Origin: Cyclobacteriaceae bacterium
GTDB lineage: Bacteria; Bacteroidota; Bacteroidia; Cytophagales; Cyclobacteriaceae
Assembly: GCA_965267535.1 (NCBI GenBank)
Contig: OZ254082.1
Coordinates: 4,409,904-4,473,903, forward strand
Reading direction: 5' to 3'
DNA length: 64,000 bases
The notes under the pieces: generated by a model
Told to the model about the DNA's origin: nothing
What the model saw: only the letters and a program-made list of their open reading frames with translations
Database searches by the model: none
Made by a program: the position numbers and the translations under genes
Part shown: positions 11,257 to 20,741 of the stretch, one piece after another
Layout: every line of letters starts with the position of its first letter
Position numbering within the stretch: the stretch's first letter is position 1

Positions 11257-12387
11257 TCAGGATTCTAAAGTTTGTGTACTTAGCGGCTCTATGCTATATA
11301 CATTTACCGGCACAGACTTGCCTTTGAGGGGCACATACCCGATCAGTATTTTTTTATACTTACTGTGAGCGTCGAGCAACTCTGCAAAGGACTCAGACGC
11401 CAGTAGTTTTTTCTTGTATTGATTGCATACCTTCTGTATGCGAGCAGCTGTATTGAGCACATCGCCATGAAAAGCTATCTCTCTTTTCACACTTCCTACT
11501 TCTGCGGCTGTTACGGTACCCTGATTGATTCCGGCTTTAAACTCCGGCACAAAGCCATATAGCTTTTCATATTTTCTGGCCTTTTTTTGAAGCAATGCGG
11601 CAAATCCGTAGTACAGACTCACACAGTCCTGCGCAGCTCCGGGATGGTTTTTATCCCACATAAGTACTGCTTCGTCTCCCACGTACTGATAGATGCTCGC
11701 ATTGTGTCTGGTCACTACACTATTCAAATCATGAAAACAACTTTGAATAAGCCTGCTATACCGTATGTGACCCAGTTTTTCAGCATAGCCGGTAGAATCT
11801 TTCAGGTCTAAAAACATAAAAATCTTATCCTCCACCACCGGTGAATGATATTTGCCAATAAACAGGTTCCACAGGTTTCCCGGCCCAAATTTCTGACTGA
11901 CTTCCAAAAAGAAATTGACTATAACAATGATAACCAGCGTATAGCCTGTAAGTACAATGAGAAAGGCGGGGTTGTTTTGCACCAGCACCCAAAACAACTC
12001 GTAATCGTCGAACGGAAAAGCCTCTATGCTGGTCATCACCATTGTCATGAGAACAGACACAACCCCAAAAGCCAGAATGTAGAGCAGGGTTTGTACCAAA
12101 ATAATCCTCCCAAAAGACAGTTTGCGTAAACGGGTATTTTGTGTGGCCCAGTAGATCACAAAAAACAGAGAGCCAAAAAAGAATCCAAAAAGCCCACCCT
12201 CTACAAAAGGGAGGTGAGACGTACTGTAGTTTAAAAATACATTGTTGCTGGCTGCCAGATCGATATTGAGTATACCCATCATAGTACGGAAGTACGACAT
12301 ACCTATAAGAGTAAACACAAAACTGGCTACCTGCCAGGCAAAGACTGTGCATAGCCACGTAATAAGGTTTTGCTTGATTGAACTCAC
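11257..12387 (-). CDS. Membrane-bound adenylate/guanylate cyclase domain protein (class III)
   Basis: About 4 N-terminal TM segments; MFLDLKDST, YVGDE, FHGDVLNTAARIQ, LKGK. Confidence 0.9.
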   Translation of the reverse strand: MSSIKQNLITWLCTVFAWQVASFVFTLIGMSYFRTMMGILNIDLAASNNVFLNYSTSHLPFVEGGLFGFFFGSLFFVIYWATQNTRLRKLSFGRIILVQTLLYILAFGVVSVLMTMVMTSIEAFPFDDYELFWVLVQNNPAFLIVLTGYTLVIIVIVNFFLEVSQKFGPGNLWNLFIGKYHSPVVEDKIFMFLDLKDSTGYAEKLGHIRYSRLIQSCFHDLNSVVTRHNASIYQYVGDEAVLMWDKNHPGAAQDCVSLYYGFAALLQKKARKYEKLYGFVPEFKAGINQGTVTAAEVGSVKREIAFHGDVLNTAARIQKVCNQYKKKLLASESFAELLDAHSKYKKILIGYVPLKGKSVPVNVYSIEPLSTQTLES

Positions 12388-13304
12388 GTTATCTGCTGGC
12401 TGTTTCTCTGGTTGAACCCGGCTATTCCCTGCAATCCTCCGGTATGGAGCGCTACGAGAGTGGTACCCGGTTTGAAAACTTTTTTTTCTATCATATCAAA
12501 TAGTGCCATCATCATTTTTCCGGTATATACCGGATCCAAAGGCACCTGATGGCGCGCCTTGAAATCATTGATGAATGACACTAATGGGTCTGTAAAACGT
12601 GCATAGCCCCCTACATGATAGTCATGGTTTATTTTCCAGGTGGCTCCTGGCTTCTGTGGCAAAGAGCCGAGCAGGGCACTCACTTCCTGATCCAGATAAG
12701 CAGCTCCCTTTAGCACGGATATCCCGAGCGCTGAGCTGGCCGGAGGCAAACCGGAAACCAACCCTGCCAGTGTACCCCCCGTTCCCACGGCTGTTACTAT
12801 TACATCAAAAGGCCTGTCTATTTCATCTACTATTTCTTTACACCCTGCCAGTGCCAAAGGATTAGACCCCCCTTCGGGCAATTGATAAAATGGACCAAAC
12901 TTGTCTGCCAATGCAGTACTATATTCCGGTTGGTATTTTTTCCTGTATACCTCGCGGGAAACAAACTCCAGCTGCATGCCATCAGCTGCTGCCCCGGCAA
13001 GAGTAGGGTTGGCGTTCTCATTCAGTTCATCGCCACGAATTATACCTATGGCTCTAAACCCATACGCTTTGGCAGCAGCAGCAGTAGCCGCTATGTGATT
13101 AGAGTACGCACCGCCAAAGGTCAGTATAGTCGTATGCCCCTCTTCTTTGGCCTGTATTAAATTGTATTTGAGTTTTCGCCATTTATTACCCGATATCTTT
13201 GGGTGAATGGTGTCGTCTCTTTTGATGTAAAGGGTAATTCCCTTGTCATCTAAAAAAGGATCGTGAATACGCTGCAATGGCGTGGGTGATACCGCTTCAA
13301 ACAT
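12384..13304 (-). CDS. PLP-dependent D-cysteine desulfhydrase / ACC deaminase family protein
   Basis: SGNKWRKL (PLP lysine), GGAYSNH, GTGGTLAG, LDPVYTGK, LHTGG. Confidence 0.9.
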   Translation of the reverse strand: MFEAVSPTPLQRIHDPFLDDKGITLYIKRDDTIHPKISGNKWRKLKYNLIQAKEEGHTTILTFGGAYSNHIAATAAAAKAYGFRAIGIIRGDELNENANPTLAGAAADGMQLEFVSREVYRKKYQPEYSTALADKFGPFYQLPEGGSNPLALAGCKEIVDEIDRPFDVIVTAVGTGGTLAGLVSGLPPASSALGISVLKGAAYLDQEVSALLGSLPQKPGATWKINHDYHVGGYARFTDPLVSFINDFKARHQVPLDPVYTGKMMMALFDMIEKKVFKPGTTLVALHTGGLQGIAGFNQRNSQQIT

Positions 13305-13405
13305 GCCGCAATTTATACATTCAACTGCACAATCACCTCGCCGGCTTTGGTGCAGTTTTCTGCTAAAAACCCTGTAACTTTTGAACTTATCGCTAATTTT
13401 GGCGC

Positions 13406-14428
13406 ATGAATCAGGAAGAGATACCCGAAGAAGAGTTGTACGAACACCACCGAATAGTAGCCGACCCTAACCAGGCGCTACTCCGCATAGACAAATTTTT
13501 AATGGATCGCCTTCCTAATGTAACCCGCAACAAGGTTCAGGCAGGCATCAAGGATGGTTTTGTACTGGTAAATGACCAAGCCGTAAAACCCAACTACAAA
13601 GTGCATCCTAATGATGTAATTACGGTATCGCTCCCCGAACCCCCACGTGACACTGAGGTAGTGCCGGAAAATATCCCGCTCAATATCGTATATGAGGACG
13701 AGGATGTGCTGGTCGTAAACAAAGAACCGGGAATGGTTGTACATCCGGCTTACCAAAACTGGTCGGGTACGCTGGTCAACGCCCTGACATGGCATTTTCA
13801 AAACCTGCCCACCATGCCCAACAATGACGGCCGGCCGGGCTTGGTTCATCGTATAGACAAAGACACCTCGGGCCTGCTGGTTATCGCCAAAACCGAACTG
13901 GCCATGACACATTTGGCCAAGCAGTTTTTCGACCACTCAATCGAGCGCACCTACTATGCTCTTGTATGGGGCGAACCCTCAGAATCTCAAGGCACCATAG
14001 ATGTAAACCTCGGCAGAAGCCTGAAAGACCGCCGTGTTACGGCTGCATTTCCCGAAGGTGACTATGGGCAAACCGCTGTAACCCACTATGAAGTGTTGCG
14101 CGAGTTGCGTTACGTAAGCCTGATCAAGTGCAACCTCGAAACCGGCCGAACTCACCAAATACGCGCACACATGAAACACCTGGGGCACCCTTTGTTTAAC
14201 GACGCTACCTATGGTGGCGATAAAATCTTAAAAGGAACTACATTTACAAAATATAAGCAATTTGTAGATAACTGCTTCAAGCTTATGCCACGTCAGGCAC
14301 TACATGCCAAATCATTGGGTTTTGTACACCCACGCACGGGCAAGTTTGTGCAGTTTGATTCCGAATTGCCCGAAGATTTTGCCGCGGTAATTGAAAAATG
14401 GGAACACTATGTCAATTTTGTAGACTAA
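13406..14428 (+). CDS. rluD: RluA/RluD family 23S rRNA pseudouridine synthase
   Basis: N-terminal S4 domain (RIDKFL), catalytic HRIDKDTSG, LETGRTHQIRAH, RQALHA. Confidence 0.93.
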   Translation: MNQEEIPEEELYEHHRIVADPNQALLRIDKFLMDRLPNVTRNKVQAGIKDGFVLVNDQAVKPNYKVHPNDVITVSLPEPPRDTEVVPENIPLNIVYEDEDVLVVNKEPGMVVHPAYQNWSGTLVNALTWHFQNLPTMPNNDGRPGLVHRIDKDTSGLLVIAKTELAMTHLAKQFFDHSIERTYYALVWGEPSESQGTIDVNLGRSLKDRRVTAAFPEGDYGQTAVTHYEVLRELRYVSLIKCNLETGRTHQIRAHMKHLGHPLFNDATYGGDKILKGTTFTKYKQFVDNCFKLMPRQALHAKSLGFVHPRTGKFVQFDSELPEDFAAVIEKWEHYVNFVD

Positions 14429-14523
14429 AAATAAAAGATTCCGGTATCGGAGCGTTACCATACAACCTTGGCTTACTTTTTGTAATTTCAGCTAGTAGTA
14501 TCATTTAATAAATCAGAGAGGCG

Positions 14524-17166
14524 TTGGACATACAGGTTAGAATCTCACCCCGTATCAGGCTGGCAAGTGTTTTGGTGTTGCTTATGGTAGCAATGGCTCA
14601 TTCCCTTATAGCCGACAAAACCAAACCTGCATTAAAAGCACTGGAAAAAAAAGAATACGGCAAAGTAGAGGAGCTTTTGCTAAAGGCTCTTGAAAAAGAC
14701 ACCCTAAGCCCCGGATCGTTCTATGTCTACTCCCTGTTGTATGTTACCGATTCTTTTCCCAGATACAACATCGACACTGCGCATACCCACATCCTCAAAG
14801 CTGAAAAAAACTTCATCCTGAGTAGCGAGAAAGAAAAAGAAAGCCTGGCCAAAGACAATATAACACAAGAAACCTTACGCAAACAGCACGCCTATGTAGA
14901 CAGCCTGGCTTTCGGTCGTGCATCCAGACTCAACACTCTGGAAGCGCTGGAACACTTTACCAAACACTACCCAATGGCTGAACAGCACTCGGTAGGGGTA
15001 GCCATGCTCAATACCGTTGCGTTTGACATAGCCGAGAGCAAAGATACCTGGCAGGCGTATCAGGATTTTTTTGAAAAGTATCCCAAGGCGACTCAGGCAG
15101 ACAAGGCTAAAAAAAGGTATTACAGGCTCATTTTTGAAGAAAAAACAAAGTCAGGAACCCTTAGTGATCTGGAAGCTTTTCTGACTGATCAACCCAACAG
15201 CCCTTTTCGAGCAATTGTGGAAGAAAAAATATTCCGAATCATGGGCGCCTATGGGGAAACCAGCCGGCTGCTGGCTTTTATTCAAAAAACCACCAACCGG
15301 CAGCTTCAGCGGCAAGCCATGGACTTGATCTACTACCTCAATCCTACTCTGCCTGCTTTTCAGACCATGCTTGAATCCAGCCGATGGAAAAGCTACAGCG
15401 ACTCCCTGAAAACTCAACAAGCGCTTCAGGCTACTGCACTTGTACCTTTCTTAAAAGACAACAAATACGGCTTTACCGATTTAAACGGCGAGCTCGTGAT
15501 CGACAGCAAGTTTGACAAAATAGCTCCTGCATACTACTGCGGCAACATAACCAGCCATATACTCGATGTATCTATCGGCAAAAAACACCTGCTGATAAAC
15601 CGAAGCATGGACACAGTATATGCCAAGCCGTTTGAAAATGTAACAAAGCTAAACGGAGGAATGCTCAAACTTTTTCATCAGAATAAGGCAGGACTGCTTC
15701 ATCAGACCGGCATTACAATTCTTTCTACGCGGTATCAGGACATTTCGACCTTGTCAGAGGGGTTGTTTCTTGTCAAAAGCAATGGCAAATTTGGCATCAT
15801 TGGTTTTCTCGGCAAAGAGTTGCTGCCTACTAAATACGACGACATCTACCTCGATAACGATTACCTGATAATAGAAAACGGTGACCGGATAGCAATTACC
15901 CGACTGGGAGCGTTCATTGCTCAAAGTAAGCAGGGCAAGCCTGTGATCAAATTTCGATACGATGATTATGAAATTATCGATCAGCACCTGATCTGCTTCG
16001 ACGGCAACAAAGAAACGCTCCTCGACAGCCTGCTCAACGAAGTGGTGCCCCTCGACGAACACCGCATCAATACCAAATTTGACACCTGGGTAATTAAAGA
16101 AAAAGAAGGTTACCGCCTATTTGACAGAGAAAGTAGGGAGTTTAAGGAGGAGATGTACGATAAGGTGGTGCAAAACCAACAATGGATGGCCGTAAAGCAG
16201 AGCGACAAATGGTCGGTATACAGCAAAACCTTAAGTGATGTACCCATAGTAGGCTTAGATTCTGTCAATCTACTCGGTGAAGACATAGCACTGGTCTTCA
16301 GGGGGGAAGATGGTATGGCTATTTTCCCTAACAAAAAAATAGTAGAGTTTTCGAAGGAAGACAAGCTGTACTCTATAGGATCGGGTAAAAAAGCCAACGT
16401 CCATTACCTGGTGATTCGCAAAAACGGCAAAAACATACTTTACCGCGATGGCGAACGTGTAATCGAATCGGTATACGAAATAGGATACATCTCCGACAAT
16501 GTATTTTCGGCGAAAGCGCGAGGAGAATACGGGGCTATGGACGACCGTGCCCGCCTTATTATGCGTGTACGATACGACGCTATCGGTGAAGCGGAAAACG
16601 GTATTGCTCCGGTGCTTTACAACGGCCGGTTTGGCGCCTACAACTTCCGTGACAACATACTGATCAGTCTGAAGTTTGACGAAAAACTAAAACCGTACAA
16701 CTCCGACCTGCTGATCACTAAATCCAGAGGCAAAAAGGGAATTTACAATGTGCGCAACGAAAATATAGTGGATAACGAATACGAAGAGATCGTGTATTGG
16801 TCTGACAGTGTGGCACTGATGAAATCTGAAACCGAATGGGCGCTACGGCACATTTACACAGGAGAGGTGCTCTTTGGTGGCATGACCGATTTCGAGTTTT
16901 TGTCAGACAAAGCAGGAGAGCAGATAGTGAAGTTTCGGGCAGAGAGTGGCATGGGAATTTATACGGCACAGCAAGGTGTGCTTTTTGACCCTACATTCAA
17001 CGACATCATCAACATAGGATCGGAAGACCACCCATACTACTTCTGCGAAAAATCGATACGTGAGGCGGGTTATTATGTAGCGGTATACATGGACCAGACC
17101 GGCAAAACCGTGCGTTCGCAGGCTTATCGGGAGGAAGAGTATGACAACATCTTCTGCGAGCGTTAA
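14524..17166 (+). CDS. Exported WG-repeat protein with N-terminal helical repeats
   Basis: Signal-like N-terminus; three FxxxYP/QP-type helical repeats; repeats such as KYGFTDLNGELVIDSKFD and KFGIIGFLGKELLPTKYDDI; start uncertain. Confidence 0.75.
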   Translation: MDIQVRISPRIRLASVLVLLMVAMAHSLIADKTKPALKALEKKEYGKVEELLLKALEKDTLSPGSFYVYSLLYVTDSFPRYNIDTAHTHILKAEKNFILSSEKEKESLAKDNITQETLRKQHAYVDSLAFGRASRLNTLEALEHFTKHYPMAEQHSVGVAMLNTVAFDIAESKDTWQAYQDFFEKYPKATQADKAKKRYYRLIFEEKTKSGTLSDLEAFLTDQPNSPFRAIVEEKIFRIMGAYGETSRLLAFIQKTTNRQLQRQAMDLIYYLNPTLPAFQTMLESSRWKSYSDSLKTQQALQATALVPFLKDNKYGFTDLNGELVIDSKFDKIAPAYYCGNITSHILDVSIGKKHLLINRSMDTVYAKPFENVTKLNGGMLKLFHQNKAGLLHQTGITILSTRYQDISTLSEGLFLVKSNGKFGIIGFLGKELLPTKYDDIYLDNDYLIIENGDRIAITRLGAFIAQSKQGKPVIKFRYDDYEIIDQHLICFDGNKETLLDSLLNEVVPLDEHRINTKFDTWVIKEKEGYRLFDRESREFKEEMYDKVVQNQQWMAVKQSDKWSVYSKTLSDVPIVGLDSVNLLGEDIALVFRGEDGMAIFPNKKIVEFSKEDKLYSIGSGKKANVHYLVIRKNGKNILYRDGERVIESVYEIGYISDNVFSAKARGEYGAMDDRARLIMRVRYDAIGEAENGIAPVLYNGRFGAYNFRDNILISLKFDEKLKPYNSDLLITKSRGKKGIYNVRNENIVDNEYEEIVYWSDSVALMKSETEWALRHIYTGEVLFGGMTDFEFLSDKAGEQIVKFRAESGMGIYTAQQGVLFDPTFNDIINIGSEDHPYYFCEKSIREAGYYVAVYMDQTGKTVRSQAYREEEYDNIFCER

Positions 17167-17168
17167 GC

Positions 17169-17837
17169 CTACCTGATTTTCTTTAACTCATCCTTGTAGT
17201 GGGCTATTTGTTTTTGGTGAGCAAACAATGCCACTCTTGCCTTTTCCATTTTAGTATCATTGGCTTTCATTTGCTGCCCTATCGCAGCGATATTAGCATT
17301 CTTCTTTTCTTTAGATGCCTCCAGCTTACGCTGTTTTTTCTCCATCTTTTCCAGCTGCTTACTTACTTTGCGGGCTTCTTTTTCCTGTTTTTGTATGTAC
17401 GTTTCGAAAAAATCGGCATATAGCCCTACTTTAAAATCCAAAATAAGGTCTGCCACAAACTGACGATATACCGACAAGTGCTCCTCAGCTAATCCGTCGG
17501 TGTTTAGCGCTGCTATCAGCTTCGATTGTTTTTTGTCTTCTTCTATCCTCGAAAAAAAAGACACAACTTCTCCTGACTGCTTCTTCTTGGGCTGCACCTT
17601 GTTTTCGTAATATTCCCCTTTATTTATCAATACAGCTTTTTTTCGAATATACTTCCACCATTCTTTTTTGGTTTTTTCATACCCGAAAGCCACAGGAGTC
17701 TCCAGCCCCTGATACGTTTTCAAACCAAACCTGACCGACAGGGGGCTATTTGCCAAACTAAAATCCTGAGCAGCAACAGTACAGCATGCCACCACCCAGA
17801 GCATAAAACTTACCAGCAAAATTTTCTTCATTGTCAT
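17169..17837 (-). CDS. Exported hypothetical protein with C-terminal coiled coil
   Basis: Signal peptide MKKILLVSFMLWVVACC..AQ; K/E/Q-rich heptad C-terminal half. Confidence 0.7.
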   Translation of the reverse strand: MTMKKILLVSFMLWVVACCTVAAQDFSLANSPLSVRFGLKTYQGLETPVAFGYEKTKKEWWKYIRKKAVLINKGEYYENKVQPKKKQSGEVVSFFSRIEEDKKQSKLIAALNTDGLAEEHLSVYRQFVADLILDFKVGLYADFFETYIQKQEKEARKVSKQLEKMEKKQRKLEASKEKKNANIAAIGQQMKANDTKMEKARVALFAHQKQIAHYKDELKKIR

Positions 17838-18050
17838 TCCGATTACGTCAACTTCTCGAAAGCCAAAATTGCGCCATCTGCTCCCGATTCAAAAATTATC
17901 ACCCATCTTTCTCCTGAGTAAATAAAACCTACAACACCCTACACCCATATACACCAGCAGCAAAAAAGAGCTGTTTTTGGTATGTTTATTCTTTCATAAT
18001 CAACCCGAAATTTGACAGAAAGGTATAGTTTTGGGAATTATTAATGAATG

Positions 18051-18058
18051 TATATTTG
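18051..18058 (+). promoter_or_regulatory. -7 box (TATATTTG) for the ion-channel gene
   Basis: Exact TAnnTTTG match 65 nt upstream of ATG 18123. Confidence 0.6.
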
Positions 18059-18122
18059 TGGCACATGCTACTAATTCATTAGTTTTAATGATTAGAGCAT
18101 AAAAGCCGTATTGAATCCACTT

Positions 18123-20027
18123 ATGAAACAAGAAGCATCGTTTAAAGCCCGAGCCAAATACACGTTTGACAACTTTGTATCGAGAGGTACAGTAGCACTT
18201 ATCTCCTGGCTGGGAATACTTTCATTGATAGTCATCCTATTTTTTGCATTGCTACTCATGCTTTTTGGCCAAAAGCCCGATAACATAGAGGACTTTAACG
18301 TTTTGGAATCAATATGGACAAACCTAAACCTTGTTTTGGATCCCGGAGTACTGAGCGGCACTGAGTCCAATTGGTTTTTGCGGGTGTATTTTCTTTTGGT
18401 TACCATAGTAGGTGTAGTAGTACTGTCTACACTTATCGGTCTTGTTTCCAACGGTATCTTAACCAAACTGGAAGAACTCAGAAAAGGAAGGTCATTTGTA
18501 ATAGAAGAAGACCACACCATTATTTTGGGATGGTCATCAAAGATATTTACGATTATATCGGAGCTGATCATAGCCAACGAAAACCTGAAAGAAGGTGTCA
18601 TTGTAATTCTAGCCAACAAAGACAAGGTGGAGATGGAAGACGAAATCCGCCTGAAAGTAGGAGACACGGCCAATACCCGAGTGATATGCCGTACCGGTAA
18701 TCCTATCGACATTGACGACATCCACATAGCCAACCCGTTTGACTCCAAGTCGATAATCATTCTCGACAAGGATAACGAAAACTCCGATTCGCAGATTATA
18801 AAAACAATAGTGGCCATTGTCACTAATCCTAACAGACGCCCTGAGCCTTACCATATCACGGCTGAAATTCAGGACAGCAAAAACTTTGAAGTGGCTAAGA
18901 TGGTAGGTAAAGACGAAGTAGAGCTTATCCTCTCGGATGATTTTATTTCGCGGATTATGGTACAAACCAGCCGTCAATCTGGGCTAAGCGTAGTTTATAT
19001 AGAACTAATGGATTATGGCGGGGACGAAATTTACTTCGTAGAAGAACCTGCCCTTATCGGCAAATCTTTCAAAGAGGTAATATTTGCCTACGAAGATTCA
19101 GCAATCATGGGATTACAGTTTGCAGACGGCACTGTAGCCATCAACCCTCCTATGGAAACCATATTCAATGAAGGAGATAAAGTAATCGGTATTACCGAAG
19201 ATGACGACACCCTCATACCATCCGGCCTTACTTCCTACAGCATAGCCACAGATATGATCAAGGAAACTGCTGAAGAGGAGCATAAAGAAGAAAAAATACT
19301 GATTATAGGGTGGAATGACCGAGCCAAAAACATCATCCGTGAGCTCGACCAATACACTCCTTTTGGCTCTACTGTAAAAGTAGTATCGAAATTTGAAGAC
19401 CCTATACCGGTACTCCAGCGCCTGAAACCTACGCTTAACAATCTTTCTATAGAATTTAAAAAAGCGGAAACTACAGATAGCTCTACCATAGAAAAGCTCG
19501 GCATACTCGACTATGACTATGTAATGCTACTCTGCTACGAGCAGCACTTCCCTGTACAGGAAGCTGATGCCCAAACACTCATCACTCTCCTTCACATACG
19601 CAGCATTACTGAAAAATCCGAAAAGCATGTGAAGCTGGTGAGTGAGATGATCGACATGAAAAACAGGCAACTGGCAGACATTACCAGTGCCGATGACTTT
19701 ATTGTAAGTGATAAATTGCTGAGTTTGCTCATGACCCAGGTGTCTGAAAACAAATACCTGATGCGGGTATTTGAAGACTTGTTTGATGCCGACGGCTCAG
19801 AGATATATATCAAACCTGCTGTAGAATACGTGTCGCTTGACAAGCCCGTAAACTTCTACACCATATTGGAATCTGCAGCCATGAAAAACGAAGTAGCCAT
19901 TGGTTACCGTATTTTCTCCAAGAGCAAAGACGTCAACTATGACTATGGTGTAGTAGTCAATCCTAAAAAATCGGAAATGATAGAACTTACAGAACAAGAC
20001 GAAATAATCGTTTTGTCTGAAGACTAA
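18123..20027 (+). CDS. CASTOR/POLLUX(DMI1)-like cation channel with RCK domains
   Basis: TM-pore-TM (WTNLNLVLDPG), LEELRKGRSFVIEEDHTIILGW, RVICRTGNP, RIMVQTSRQSGLSVVYIELMDYGGDEIY, LFDADGSEIYIKP; ATG at 18123 preferred to TTG 18111. Confidence 0.88.
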   Translation: MKQEASFKARAKYTFDNFVSRGTVALISWLGILSLIVILFFALLLMLFGQKPDNIEDFNVLESIWTNLNLVLDPGVLSGTESNWFLRVYFLLVTIVGVVVLSTLIGLVSNGILTKLEELRKGRSFVIEEDHTIILGWSSKIFTIISELIIANENLKEGVIVILANKDKVEMEDEIRLKVGDTANTRVICRTGNPIDIDDIHIANPFDSKSIIILDKDNENSDSQIIKTIVAIVTNPNRRPEPYHITAEIQDSKNFEVAKMVGKDEVELILSDDFISRIMVQTSRQSGLSVVYIELMDYGGDEIYFVEEPALIGKSFKEVIFAYEDSAIMGLQFADGTVAINPPMETIFNEGDKVIGITEDDDTLIPSGLTSYSIATDMIKETAEEEHKEEKILIIGWNDRAKNIIRELDQYTPFGSTVKVVSKFEDPIPVLQRLKPTLNNLSIEFKKAETTDSSTIEKLGILDYDYVMLLCYEQHFPVQEADAQTLITLLHIRSITEKSEKHVKLVSEMIDMKNRQLADITSADDFIVSDKLLSLLMTQVSENKYLMRVFEDLFDADGSEIYIKPAVEYVSLDKPVNFYTILESAAMKNEVAIGYRIFSKSKDVNYDYGVVVNPKKSEMIELTEQDEIIVLSED

Positions 20028-20038
20028 TACCTACAATA

Positions 20039-20218
20039 TCAAAAGCGGCTTTTTCTGAGAGCCGCTTTTATTTCTCTCAGTGCTTTCTTTCTTCTTTTCC
20101 TCTTCAGTGTTTCTTCCGAAGAAATGTTTTTTACAAAACTGAGCACATCACTTTTCTGACGGGCATCTAAAGATTTCATGCTCTCCAATAATTCGAGTTC
20201 GATTGTCGGGTTATTCAT
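20039..20218 (-). CDS. Small (59 aa) hypothetical protein, basic C-terminal helix
   Basis: MNNPTIELELLESMKSLDARQKSDVLSFVK...KRKRRKKALREIKAALRKSRF; amphipathic pattern; start 20218 (or 20245). Confidence 0.6.
   Translation of the reverse strand: MNNPTIELELLESMKSLDARQKSDVLSFVKNISSEETLKRKRRKKALREIKAALRKSRF
20041..20069. terminator. Bidirectional intrinsic terminator
   Basis: AAAAGCGGCT-N9-AGCCGCTTTT perfect 10-bp arms, 13 nt after the channel stop, between convergent genes. Confidence 0.8.
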
Positions 20219-20435
20219 GATCCTTTTATTTGGTGGTATACTCAAATAAAACGCTTTTATGTTAATTGAGGTTCACTTTGGCTTTATTGCTGTATTATCA
20301 TTTGGTTTGCCAGGCCCTGCCGAGAAACAGCCTGCTCCGGTATTTTGAGGTCAGACTATCGACTGGCACGTCTCTTTTGAGGCAAGTCCTGTTTCGTTTT
20401 TTTCACACCAAAGACATTGGAAATCCTACTATCAG

Positions 20436-20466
20436 TTGCGTAAATAACCGCGTGGTTATATCTTTG
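20436..20466 (+). promoter_or_regulatory. Complete Bacteroidota promoter (TTG-N20-TATCTTTG)
   Basis: -33 TTG at 20436-20438 and -7 TATCTTTG at 20459-20466 with consensus spacing, followed by an A-rich leader and ATG 20491. Confidence 0.7.
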
Positions 20467-20490
20467 GCGCTCAAAAAAACACATATAAAT

Positions 20491-20598
20491 ATGTTAATGC
20501 TATTATTCATCGTTGCGCTTTTTGTTTTAGCTATTTTATGCCCTAAGCTAATCCCCAACCAGAAAGTGAGTAACCATAAAAAAGACTGGGAAGGCTGA
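20491..20598 (+). CDS. 35-aa single-pass membrane peptide
   Basis: MLMLLFIVALFVLAILCPKLIPNQKVSNHKKDWEG; own promoter, A-rich leader (aaaaaaacacatataaatATG), weak hairpin plus T-run at the stop. Confidence 0.6.
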   Translation: MLMLLFIVALFVLAILCPKLIPNQKVSNHKKDWEG

Positions 20599-20741
20599 TA
20601 GCCCTCCTTTTTCTTTCCCTTAGCCGATTTCCATTCTCTTATCCTGATTTTAATAGGGTAATATTGCTGATGTTGCTATTTTAGTATCTTAATACCTGTA
20701 TATGCGTATGGGTATATTACCTTTTACTATATGCTCGGCTT

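Noticed and set aside
12384-13304. True ACC deaminase (acdS)
   Set aside because: It has LDPVYTGK and LHTGG rather than the ACC-deaminase-type DPVYEGK and HLGG residues, so it is more likely D-cysteine desulfhydrase-like.
20266-20598. 110-aa ORF from the track
   Set aside because: A consensus promoter lies inside it (20436-20466); only the last 35 codons from ATG 20491 look like a real gene.
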